Both the position numbers and the translations under genes were made by a program. This document shows, one piece after another, positions 56,192-64,000 of a stretch of DNA of 64,000 bases. Every line of letters begins with the position of its first letter. Within the stretch, counting starts at the first letter, position 1. This DNA comes from Escherichia coli (GTDB lineage: Bacteria; Pseudomonadota; Gammaproteobacteria; Enterobacterales; Enterobacteriaceae): assembly GCF_016026235.1 (NCBI RefSeq), contig NZ_CP065613.1; one strand, given 5' to 3'. The notes below the pieces were generated by a model. It was not told the origin of the DNA. It made no database searches and saw only the letters and a list, made by a program, of their open reading frames with translations.

Positions 56192-56410
56192 ATGGTTACA
56201 TTATTTAGAAAAAAATATCCGCGAAAGAGTAGAACAACAGAATTCCTGTTTCTCATTCTGTTTATCGTGTTGATGACACCGATATCCCCACTAATTTTTG
56301 TCTGGATAATCGGAAAAATAATTGAGCCAGTTATTGAATTGTATAACGACGTGGTATGGGCGTCATTCAACACACTGCACAATAAAATTAATCCGTATAA
56401 GGAAAGCTGA
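56192..56410 (+). CDS. small hydrophobic prophage protein (72 aa)
   Basis: ORF with one strongly hydrophobic segment. Confidence 0.3.
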   Translation: MVTLFRKKYPRKSRTTEFLFLILFIVLMTPISPLIFVWIIGKIIEPVIELYNDVVWASFNTLHNKINPYKES

Positions 56411-56411
56411 T

Positions 56412-56777
56412 ATGGCACTGACGAAAAAACAACGTGCAGAACTGCGCATGAAGTTCGGTGGTCGCTGCGCTTATTGCGGCTGCGAACTTGGCGAAAAGTG
56501 GCATGCAGACCATGTAAAACCGGTCATTCGTTTTGATGGAAATATGCTTCACCAGGAACGTGACGATATATCCAACATGGTACCAGCATGCCACCCATGC
56601 AATCTGCACAAGCATTGCAGTAGCCTGGAAGATTATCGACGAATTATCAGTGATGGTCGTCGTGAATTCCTTGCGTCCGGGAAAGGCAAAGCGCTGGTTC
56701 GTATGGGATTGGTTGAAATGAAATCTGACCCGGTTGTGTTCTGGTTTGAAAAATATCAAGAAGGGGCTACGGCATGA
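56412..56777 (+). CDS. HNH endonuclease
   Basis: CAYCGCEL...HADHVKPV...PACHPCNLHK motif set. Confidence 0.75.
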   Translation: MALTKKQRAELRMKFGGRCAYCGCELGEKWHADHVKPVIRFDGNMLHQERDDISNMVPACHPCNLHKHCSSLEDYRRIISDGRREFLASGKGKALVRMGLVEMKSDPVVFWFEKYQEGATA

Positions 56778-57439
56778 CCACTATTACCAAAGAGCGACTG
56801 CAATGGCTGGCTAACATTTCTGGCCGCGATGATATTGACGATATAGACGGCGGTGAAATTCGTGAACTGGCGCTTATCGCTCTGGCATCACTGGAAGCAG
56901 AGCCTGTAGCGGAATGCATTGTTGAAGATGGGGGCATGTGTATTGACGGGTTCGGTGAGTATGTGGGTCACTCGCTGCCTGATGGAATGCATGAGCTTTA
57001 TGCTGCCCCGCGAATGCGACAACCTGATGGATGGAAAGCCGTAGCTGTAGCGTGGAAGGTGACGTTTACTCAAGTTGACCAGGAATCTAATACGTTCACT
57101 GCTATATATTTTGACAAAGCGGAAGTTGAGCGTTGGGTACGACTGCATAAAGCATGTGATTTTCGGGCAGATATAACACCGCTTTACGCAGCGCCGGCAG
57201 TGCCGGTTGCAGTAAACGACGACATGGCTTACGCATTCCATCACGCACTGTCAGATTCATCGCTTGGCTCTGATGAAATCGAAGAAATTAAAACCGGTTT
57301 GCGTGCTGCCTTTGCCAACGTCACTATCCAACCAGAGCCGATAGTGCCGGATGAAATCGGGCCAAACGATAGTAATACGTTTGATTATGTTGATGGCTGG
57401 AACGCCTGCCGCGCTGCCATGCTTAAGGGAGATAAATAA
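56774..57439 (+). CDS. hypothetical prophage protein (221 aa)
   Basis: ORF with overlapping start/stop to neighbours; no recognised domain. Confidence 0.5.
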   Translation: MTTITKERLQWLANISGRDDIDDIDGGEIRELALIALASLEAEPVAECIVEDGGMCIDGFGEYVGHSLPDGMHELYAAPRMRQPDGWKAVAVAWKVTFTQVDQESNTFTAIYFDKAEVERWVRLHKACDFRADITPLYAAPAVPVAVNDDMAYAFHHALSDSSLGSDEIEEIKTGLRAAFANVTIQPEPIVPDEIGPNDSNTFDYVDGWNACRAAMLKGDK

Positions 57440-57804
57440 TGATTAATCGAACCAAACTGGAGCACATTCTCGAATATGCCAGGCAGCAGAAATGTATTGG
57501 GCAACTTTGTAAAATTCCACCAGGAGATATGGTTGAAATCGTGGAAATGGCCATGCGTAAGGCTGGCAACTCTCCGGTAACTCCGGCTGGCTGGATAAGC
57601 TGTAGTGATGCAGTTCCTGCTGAATATTGCGATGTGATTCTTCTCGATGATCTCGGGAATGTATTCCCCGGTTCCTGGGATAAGGTTTTTTGCCCCACTC
57701 GTGGCGGGAATAAGATGGCTTTTGTGGACAAAGACGGCGTTGAAGTAGAGAGCTCAACTCACTGGATGCCGCTACCGGAACCACCGCAGGAGGTGAATCA
57801 ATGA
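57439..57804 (+). CDS. DUF551-like phage protein
   Basis: C-terminal HWMPLPEPP motif typical of this phage family. Confidence 0.6.
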   Translation: MINRTKLEHILEYARQQKCIGQLCKIPPGDMVEIVEMAMRKAGNSPVTPAGWISCSDAVPAEYCDVILLDDLGNVFPGSWDKVFCPTRGGNKMAFVDKDGVEVESSTHWMPLPEPPQEVNQ

Positions 57805-57884
57805 CCTGGCCTGAGGCATTCACCACGGTAGGAATTGCGATGGCGGTGGCGCTGGTGGTGTATTCGATTTGCCGTTGGGGTTAA
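57801..57884 (+). CDS. 27-aa hydrophobic peptide
   Basis: MTWPEAFTTVGIAMAVALVVYSICRWG, ATGA overlap with upstream gene, terminator follows. Confidence 0.3.
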   Translation: MTWPEAFTTVGIAMAVALVVYSICRWG

Positions 57885-57890
57885 CAAACA

Positions 57891-57920
57891 AAAACCCCGG
57901 ATTGATGGTCCGGGGTTTTT
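57891..57920 (+). terminator. rho-independent terminator
   Basis: aaaaccccggattgatggtccggggttttt. Confidence 0.65.
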
Positions 57921-58258
57921 GAAGGAAACAAAACAGAAACAGCAATTGCCGTTACCTGTTGTTACCATGGCAAGTAAACGTATCTCAGGCGAGCGCATTG
58001 CGCCGTTCTGACGCAGATAAACTAGCCTGGATAGATGGTGCTGGCAATAAAAAATAGCGTTTTCTTATCGGTGTCGGTAAGATTGCTGCGGGTGCTTGAG
58101 GCTGTCTGCCTCGGGCATGTCACTGTAAGGCAGACAGAGAAAAGCCCCAGTTAACATTACGCGTCCTGCAAGACGCTTAACATTAATCTGAGGCCCAATC
58201 TATGTCTCACAAATGTAGGTTAGCCTCTTACGTGCCGAAAGGCAAGGAGAAGCAGGCT

Positions 58259-58414
58259 ATGAAGCAGCAAAAGGCGATGTTAATCGCCCTGATCGTCATC
58301 TGTTTAACCGTCATTGTGACGGCACTGGTAACGAGGAAAGACCTCTGCGAGGTACGAATCCGAACCGGCCAGACGGAGGTCGCTGTCTTCGTAGACTACG
58401 AATCTAGAGAGTAA
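58259..58414 (+). CDS. Hok/Gef-family type I toxin
   Basis: MKQQKAMLIALIVICLTVIVTALVTRKDLCEVRIRTGQTEVAVFVDYESRE; aaggag RBS. Confidence 0.8.
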   Translation: MKQQKAMLIALIVICLTVIVTALVTRKDLCEVRIRTGQTEVAVFVDYESRE

Positions 58415-58692
58415 GAGTGACCAGGCGGGAGAGTAATCTCCCGCCACCTTTGATGTGTCAGGCATCCTCAACGCACCCGCACTTAACCCGTTTCGGCGGT
58501 TTTTTTTGTTGCGTGCTGAATACGCAGGGTGAAAAATAACCATATATTTGATTATATACACAACAAAAAATAAAAGTCATTGTACTTGCACATTAAACAA
58601 TCAAATATACGGCGTGAAATAAATGTTTTTCAGATTAATATTTTTGTCTCTATGTGGATATAACCGTTTGTACTTATAAACCTGGAGGCATC

Positions 58693-58905
58693 GTGGAAAA
58701 AATAAAGAAACTATTTAGTAGCAAATACGCAGTCATACGTCGTGATGACCTGTCAGTTATAGTCGAAATGGATTACTTCCCTGAAACCCCAAAATCAATA
58801 ATGTATCGTAATGGTCGAAAGGCAATTTTTTTACCGATGAGGGTAAGTGACATTATGGGAAATGATAAACTGCTGGATGAATTGCGAGTCAGAGCATCCT
58901 GTTAG
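58693..58905 (+). CDS. hypothetical prophage protein (70 aa from GTG)
   Basis: ctggagg RBS before GTG at 58693; no recognised domain. Confidence 0.35.
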   Translation: MEKIKKLFSSKYAVIRRDDLSVIVEMDYFPETPKSIMYRNGRKAIFLPMRVSDIMGNDKLLDELRVRASC

Positions 58906-58976
58906 TATTGGCATTAATTCTGGTATACTACATAACGGGCTGAACACCCATTCTACTGCGCCAGCGGAGAACTACG

Positions 58977-59576
58977 ATGGCGCATATACAACTGGTCAAA
59001 CAAACCTCTTCCGGATTACTTCTCCCGGCGACGCCGGAGAGTTGCGATTTTTTGCATCAAATCAAAATAGGTGAGTGGATACACGCAGACTTTAAGCGTG
59101 TGCGTAACTACGCATTCCACAAGCGTTTTTTCAAACTCCTGCAACTGGGATTTGATTACTGGACTCCGGTCGGTGGGGCGATCACGCCTCGCGAACGAAA
59201 ACTGGTATCAGGCTTCGTTGATTACCTGTGCGAATCAGTAGGTCGGGAACACACTCCAGCCCTGAGTGATGCCGCAGAGCAATACCTTAATACAGTTGCG
59301 ACATGCAGAACCCGGGATACGGCATTGCTAAAGTCGTTTGACGCTTTCCGCGAGTGGGTAACCATTCAGGCCGGATTTTACACCGAGCATATTTATCCTG
59401 ATGGTAGTCGTGGGCGCAGGGCAAAATCTATCGCATTTGCGAACATGGACGAAACCGAGTTTCAGCAGGTTTATAAATCTGTACTGAATGTGCTGTGGAA
59501 CTGGATCCTGTTCCGTAAATTTTCCTCTCCGGAACAAGTCGAAAATGTGGCCGCGCAGCTACTGGAGTTTGCGTAA
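58977..59576 (+). CDS. hypothetical nin-region prophage protein (199 aa)
   Basis: ORF directly upstream of the YbcO-like gene. Confidence 0.5.
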   Translation: MAHIQLVKQTSSGLLLPATPESCDFLHQIKIGEWIHADFKRVRNYAFHKRFFKLLQLGFDYWTPVGGAITPRERKLVSGFVDYLCESVGREHTPALSDAAEQYLNTVATCRTRDTALLKSFDAFREWVTIQAGFYTEHIYPDGSRGRRAKSIAFANMDETEFQQVYKSVLNVLWNWILFRKFSSPEQVENVAAQLLEFA

Positions 59577-59866
59577 TGGTGGATTTACGTAAAGCGGCGC
59601 GGGGGCAGATGTGCACCGTCAGAATTCCTGGCTACTGCAATCACGATCCGGAAACGTCTGTGCTGGCGCATTACCGACTGGCGGGAACGTGCGGAACAGC
59701 GACAAAACCACACGATATGCAGGCGGCGATTGCCTGTAGCTCATGCCACGATTTAATCGACGGGCGGGTAAAAACAAGCGATTACACCAAAGAAGAATTA
59801 CGCCTGATACATGCAGAAGGTGTTTTTCGCACGCAAGAAATCTGGAGAAAGGAAGGTTATTTATGA
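59576..59866 (+). CDS. YbcO-like protein (DUF1364, putative nuclease)
   Basis: Cys-rich 96-aa ORF resembling DLP12 YbcO. Confidence 0.7.
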   Translation: MVDLRKAARGQMCTVRIPGYCNHDPETSVLAHYRLAGTCGTATKPHDMQAAIACSSCHDLIDGRVKTSDYTKEELRLIHAEGVFRTQEIWRKEGYL

Positions 59867-60417
59867 TTTACCCAACAAATACAGGCAAAAGCGGGGAACA
59901 CCTTCGTCTCACCACGCTGGAAAGTGTCTGGATTCAGGGAAAACTGCGCATGTGGGGGCGCTGGTCGTATATTGGCGGCGGTAAGACGGGGAATATGTTC
60001 AACCAGTTGTTGGCCTCTAAAAAGCTGACAAAAACGGCAATTAACGAGGCGCTCCGGAGGATGAAAAAAGCAGGTCTGGACAAACCTGAACTTGAGGCTT
60101 TTTTGCGGGATATGATCAACGGCAAGCAAAAAAGCTGGCTGGTGCATTGTACTGACGCAGAGGCGTTATGCATTGATCGGGTGATTAGTGAAGTGCTGGC
60201 AGAACACCCAGGATTGATTTGTATCCTCCGGCAACGATATGAAGGGAGTGGGATGACTAAGCGAAAAATGGCTGAATTGCTGAATGATTCACACCCTGAG
60301 TGGTGTTATCGGACGTGTTGCAGTCGGGTTGATGTATGGCTAAATCTTGCTGAATATATGCTCTATCTACCGATGCGTGATGCATTCTCTTCCGGGGATC
60401 TAAAAACCGTCTGTTGA
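59863..60417 (+). CDS. candidate late-gene antiterminator (Q-like by position)
   Basis: 185-aa ORF whose stop overlaps the -35 of a strong promoter followed by a terminator. Confidence 0.45.
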   Translation: MIYPTNTGKSGEHLRLTTLESVWIQGKLRMWGRWSYIGGGKTGNMFNQLLASKKLTKTAINEALRRMKKAGLDKPELEAFLRDMINGKQKSWLVHCTDAEALCIDRVISEVLAEHPGLICILRQRYEGSGMTKRKMAELLNDSHPEWCYRTCCSRVDVWLNLAEYMLYLPMRDAFSSGDLKTVC

Positions 60418-60443
60418 CTCAATCTGTTATCCGGGGCTATATT
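60414..60443 (+). promoter_or_regulatory. pR'-like late promoter
   Basis: TTGACT-18 bp-TATATT immediately after the Q-like stop. Confidence 0.5.
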
Positions 60444-60504
60444 CCTCACGCGCCAGCAAAATCTGGCGTCGGGATTGGCGTCCCGGATGTTTACGGAGCG
60501 ATAT

Positions 60505-60526
60505 GAGACGCGCCCGCGTCTTTTTT
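60505..60526 (+). terminator. tR'-like terminator
   Basis: gacgcgcccgcgtc hairpin plus T6, about 70 bp downstream of the promoter. Confidence 0.55.
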
Positions 60527-60689
60527 CATATCGTTTGCACAGTCTCATTCGCGATTTATGGCGGGCTGTGTGGGGGAGCCGAAAGGCTCGCCGGTTTCCG
60601 TACCCGGTTACGCCAACCCTGCACAGTTCGCCACCAGTTCGATTGGCGTCGTCGGTGGCGATAATTTCCAAATGTACGGAGTTATCGTT

Positions 60690-61247
60690 ATGACCACTCA
60701 AATCTCTGTTGAAACTCTCTCCCCGATCACCCATAACCAGATTCCTGTTATTACCACCGAACTTTTGGCGCAGCTTTACGGCACTGAGCCGGTGCGTATT
60801 CGCCAGAATCATCATGAGAACAAAGTACGCTTCGTTGAAGGGAAACACTTTTTCAAAGTTGTTGGTAATGACCTTAAAGAATTGCGGGTAGCTTTAAACT
60901 ACTCACAAAATCCCATCTCTCCCAAAGCCCGCTCCCTCATCCTCTGGACAGAACGAGGCGCAGCACGCCACGCCAAAATGCTCGAAACCGATCAGGCGTG
61001 GGATGTGTTCGAAAAACTGGAAGACTGCTATTTCAGTCAAAAGGATCCGTCAACGCCAGTTTCATGCCAGAAAAGTTACGACACGCGAGTTCTCTGTTAT
61101 CAGAGAGGCGGTGTCACTGTTTCCACAATTCAGTTACGGGATGATGATATTGTTATTTCCCTTGAGTCATGGCTGGAACTGGCGAGAGCCAATGGTTGGT
61201 TTGTTGTTCGCAGAGATAAACTGGTGGAAAGGTTGATGCAGCTTTAA
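60690..61247 (+). CDS. ORF6N-domain protein (KilA-N/Bro-N superfamily, antirepressor-like)
   Basis: ITTELLAQLYGTEPVRIRQNHHENKVRFVEGKHFFKVVGNDLKEL block; ggag RBS. Confidence 0.6.
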   Translation: MTTQISVETLSPITHNQIPVITTELLAQLYGTEPVRIRQNHHENKVRFVEGKHFFKVVGNDLKELRVALNYSQNPISPKARSLILWTERGAARHAKMLETDQAWDVFEKLEDCYFSQKDPSTPVSCQKSYDTRVLCYQRGGVTVSTIQLRDDDIVISLESWLELARANGWFVVRRDKLVERLMQL

Positions 61248-61344
61248 AAAAGTTCTTGCATTTTTGCACATAAACTGCTTCAATTCCGGTAAGCTTCGCA
61301 AAGCTGTATCGCGAGGCGAATAGCAGACATGGACATTTGAAAGA

Positions 61345-61367
61345 GCCCGCTTTATGCGGGTTTTTTT
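61345..61367 (+). terminator. rho-independent terminator
   Basis: agcccgctttatgcggg hairpin plus T7. Confidence 0.55.
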
Positions 61368-61455
61368 ATACCTGAAAAACGGCACAGGACGTTAAACGTG
61401 CTGGTGGTCAGATGAGTTTGCAGATGTGATGACATATGGTTATTATTCTGCCTCC

Positions 61456-61532
61456 GGCCCTTTAGCTCAGTTGGTCAGAGCGAGCGACTCATAATCGCCA
61501 GGTCGCTGGTTCAAGTCCAGCAAGGGCCACCA
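61456..61532 (+). tRNA. tRNA with anticodon CAT (Ile2/Met type)
   Basis: Manual cloverleaf: GGCCCTT acceptor, loop CTCATAA, T-arm GCTGG/CCAGC, CCA end. Confidence 0.8.
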
Positions 61533-61533
61533 A

Positions 61534-61610
61534 CCACCACTAGCTCATCCGGATAGAGCATCAACCTTCTAAGTTGACGGTGCGAGGTTCGAGTCCTCGG
61601 TGGTGGGCCA
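61534..61610 (+). tRNA. tRNA-Arg (anticodon TCT)
   Basis: Manual cloverleaf: CCACCAC acceptor, loop CTTCTAA, T-arm CGAGG/CCTCG, CCA end. Confidence 0.8.
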
Positions 61611-61612
61611 GC

Positions 61613-61688
<76 letters not shown>

Positions 61689-61691
61689 TAT

Positions 61692-61766
<75 letters not shown>

Positions 61767-62058
61767 GTCAGAGTCTTTCAGTCTGCGATGATGGGAAATC
61801 CCGGAGTGACTGAAAGACGTTTAAGTTATGAATGATCGCCTTTTTTTGCAAAATTGCTGTGCAGAAATACTAACCTTCGGGCGTGCGATCATTCATAAGC
61901 ACTCTGCTTTTATTCCGATTAACTGTGGGTGGTTTGTTGGATAGAGTGCTTTCCTTACTGTATATATCGTTTCGCCCGCTTTTGCGTTTTTTTCTTTTCA
62001 AATCCCTTTCATTTCTCAGTGTAAAACTACGCCATCCGTTATTTGCGGAGGTGAGGCT

Positions 62059-62274
62059 ATGAAATCCATGGACAAAATTTCAACGGGCATTGCCTACGGC
62101 ACCTCCGCCGGCAGTGCCGGCTACTGGTTTTTGCAGTGGTTGGATCAGGTCAGTCCATCACAGTGGGCTGCGATTGGTGTGCTGGGAAGTCTGCTTCTGG
62201 GGCTTCTGACTTATCTGACGAATCTGTATTTCAAAATAAGAGAAGACAAGCGTAAGGCTGCACGGGGAGAGTAA
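62059..62274 (+). CDS. class II holin (phage 21 S-like pinholin) with dual-start motif
   Basis: [28 protein letters not shown]...; Met1 and Met4 starts; two TM segments. Confidence 0.85.
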   Translation: MKSMDKISTGIAYGTSAGSAGYWFLQWLDQVSPSQWAAIGVLGSLLLGLLTYLTNLYFKIREDKRKAARGE

Positions 62275-62277
62275 ATA

Positions 62278-62907
62278 ATGAAGCATGAAGAAATGAATCA
62301 GCGATTCAATCACCTGGAAAATGAAATCACTGAGCTTAATAAAAAATTGTCGGCGTTGGTGAGTTCTGAAGATGAAAACAAACGCCGCGATGAGCATTAT
62401 GCGGCGATTTACGATTACTGCCACAAAGTCGCTCACGAGACTTTTATGAAGTTTTTGCAGGAAAAGTTTTTACCGGCCGCATTGTCAGAAAAAGAGGCGG
62501 CTTACCTGCGGCCTGAGTACGTCATTACGGTTAACAGTGCCGGAGAGGAAGAGCATAAAAGTGATTTTATTGCGTCTGCACCGGATAAAGACCAGGAACC
62601 CCGTCGGCCTTTCAGGGTTTCCTGTGAAGAGGGTGAGTTCGTCGTTTATGAGAACGGAAAACCTGTCCGGGCATCGCATCATCACTGCCTGAAAATTATT
62701 AATCTCGCTATCAGATGCCTGAAAGACGAAAACACCAGAGTTATGAAACGCATTGGCCGTTGCATGGGGTATTTGCAGGTGGCGGCAGAGATTGAAGCAC
62801 TTGCCAGTGGTGCAGACATGGATGCTGCGGTGCGGGAGGCTCTTCTTCGTGATTTCAATACTCCCCCTTTAAGAAAGAGCCTGATGACTGGATCCAGCCG
62901 GGGCTGA
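62278..62907 (+). CDS. hypothetical protein (209 aa) between holin and endolysin
   Basis: Uninterrupted ORF starting 4 bp after the holin stop; coiled-coil N-terminus, no TM segment, no recognised domain. Confidence 0.6.
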   Translation: MKHEEMNQRFNHLENEITELNKKLSALVSSEDENKRRDEHYAAIYDYCHKVAHETFMKFLQEKFLPAALSEKEAAYLRPEYVITVNSAGEEEHKSDFIASAPDKDQEPRRPFRVSCEEGEFVVYENGKPVRASHHHCLKIINLAIRCLKDENTRVMKRIGRCMGYLQVAAEIEALASGADMDAAVREALLRDFNTPPLRKSLMTGSSRG

Positions 62908-62972
62908 CTTATCTTAAAAGGCGTATATAAGTTGGCTCGTTATTTGTTGCCGATAAATCCTGATAAATATCC

Positions 62973-63506
62973 ATGAGCGCAAAAATCAAATACGGCCTGT
63001 CGGCTGCTGTTCTGGCGCTGATTGCCGCAGGCGCGTCTGCTCCCCAGATACTTGACCAGTTTCTGAACGAAAAAGAGGGTAATCACACAACGGCATACCG
63101 TGATGGTTCTGGCATATGGACCATCTGTCGTGGTGCCACAATGGTGGATGGTAAGCCTGTCATACCGGGAATGAAGCTGTCGAAGGAAAAATGTGACCAG
63201 GTTAACGCTATTGAACGTGATAAGGCGCTGGCATGGGTGGAGCGCAATATTAAAGTACCTCTGACCGAACCACAAAAAGCGGGTATAGCGTCATTTTGCC
63301 CCTATAACATTGGCCCCGGTAAGTGTTTCCCGTCGACGTTTTATAAGCGGCTGAATGCCGGTGATCGTAAGGGCGCATGCGAGGCGATTCGCTGGTGGAT
63401 AAAAGATGTTGGGCGCGATTGCCGCATACGTTCAAATAACTGCTATGGACAGGTTATTCGTCGTGACCAGGAAAGCGCATTAGCCTGTTGGGGGATAGAT
63501 CAATGA
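62973..63506 (+). CDS. SAR endolysin (lysozyme, phage 21 R-like)
   Basis: N-terminal signal-anchor-release segment [18 protein letters not shown]; lysozyme sequence. Confidence 0.85.
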   Translation: MSAKIKYGLSAAVLALIAAGASAPQILDQFLNEKEGNHTTAYRDGSGIWTICRGATMVDGKPVIPGMKLSKEKCDQVNAIERDKALAWVERNIKVPLTEPQKAGIASFCPYNIGPGKCFPSTFYKRLNAGDRKGACEAIRWWIKDVGRDCRIRSNNCYGQVIRRDQESALACWGIDQ

Positions 63507-63970
63507 GCAGAGTCACCGCGATTATCTCCGCTCTGGTTATCTGCATCATCGTCTGCCTGTCATGGGCTGTTAATCATTACCGTGATAACGCCATTACCTA
63601 CAAAGAGCAGCGCGACAAAAACGCAAGAGAACTGAAGCTGGCGAACGCAACCATTACTGACATGCAGCAGCGCCAGCGTTCTGTTGATGCACTCGATGCT
63701 AAATACACGAAGGAGTTAGCTGATGCGAAAGCTGAAAATGATGCTCTTCGGCGCAAGCTTGATAATGGTGGTCGGGTGCTCGTCAAAGGAAAATGCCCTG
63801 TGCCAGCCTCAGCCAAAACCTCCAGCGCCTCCGGCATGGGCAATGATGCCACCGTCGAACTCTCTTCAGTTGCTGGACGAAACGTTCTCGGTATCCGGGA
63901 CGGAATTATCCGCGACCAAACAGCACTGAGAACGCTTCAGGAATACATCAATACGCAATGCCTGAATTAA
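63503..63970 (+). CDS. i-spanin Rz
   Basis: N-terminal TM segment then coiled coil; overlaps the endolysin end. Confidence 0.75.
   Translation: MSRVTAIISALVICIIVCLSWAVNHYRDNAITYKEQRDKNARELKLANATITDMQQRQRSVDALDAKYTKELADAKAENDALRRKLDNGGRVLVKGKCPVPASAKTSSASGMGNDATVELSSVAGRNVLGIRDGIIRDQTALRTLQEYINTQCLN
63723..63929 (+). CDS. o-spanin Rz1 (lipoprotein embedded in Rz in the +1 frame)
   Basis: Lipobox LIMVVGCSS and proline-rich PPAPPAW. Confidence 0.7.
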   Translation: MRKLKMMLFGASLIMVVGCSSKENALCQPQPKPPAPPAWAMMPPSNSLQLLDETFSVSGTELSATKQH

Positions 63971-64000
63971 TCCCTCTGTATCAAAAACGAACTCAATTTG

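Noticed and set aside
58202-58258. In-frame 19-codon extension upstream of hok as a separate mok gene
   Set aside because: mok normally overlaps hok in a different frame; this extension is in frame and may only reflect absence of a stop codon, so it is not annotated separately.
61767-62058. Shiga-toxin or other toxin genes between the tRNAs and the holin
   Set aside because: Only about 290 bp of non-coding DNA with two inverted-repeat hairpins is present; no ORF of toxin size.

Overview
This window is an Escherichia coli-type chromosomal segment collinear with the K-12 ycjO-ttcA region, followed by a Rac-like lambdoid prophage integrated next to ttcA that runs past the window end. Host genes identified by protein similarity and synteny are ycjOPQRSTUV, ompG, ycjW, ycjX, ycjF, tyrR, tpx, ycjG, mpaA, ycjY, pgrR, mppA, ynaI, ynaJ, uspE, fnr, ogt, smrA, dgcM, zntB, fnrS, dbpA and ttcA. 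The segment is heavily marked by mobile DNA: three copies of one 1.29 kb IS4-family (IS10-like) element with 10-bp target duplications (inside mppA, at the abgT 3' end, and inside a prophage recE-like gene), one IS110-family element splitting a ycjY-paralog hydrolase gene, and one IS911 inside the prophage. The abg operon expected after ogt is absent except for a short abgT 3' remnant; an AraC regulator / HlyD-type fusion protein / frameshifted MFS transporter locus sits there instead. The prophage carries integrase, excisionase, a RecE N-terminal-domain gene without its nuclease domain, a P-loop ATPase, a Rha regulator, a RacR/YdaS/YdaT immunity region, YdaU/YdaV replication genes, a nin-like region with an HNH nuclease and a Hok toxin, a Q-like gene with a pR'/tR' unit, four tRNAs, and a phage-21-type lysis cassette. 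I cannot prove any single novel system from sequence alone. The best candidates for uncharacterised biology are the 209-aa gene inserted between holin and endolysin, the late-operon ORF6N protein, the 107-aa gene at the sieB position, and the structured leader of the IS110 element. All coordinates were derived by hand, all homology calls rest on recalled family signatures rather than searches, and the ends of mobile elements are approximate to within 1-2 bp.
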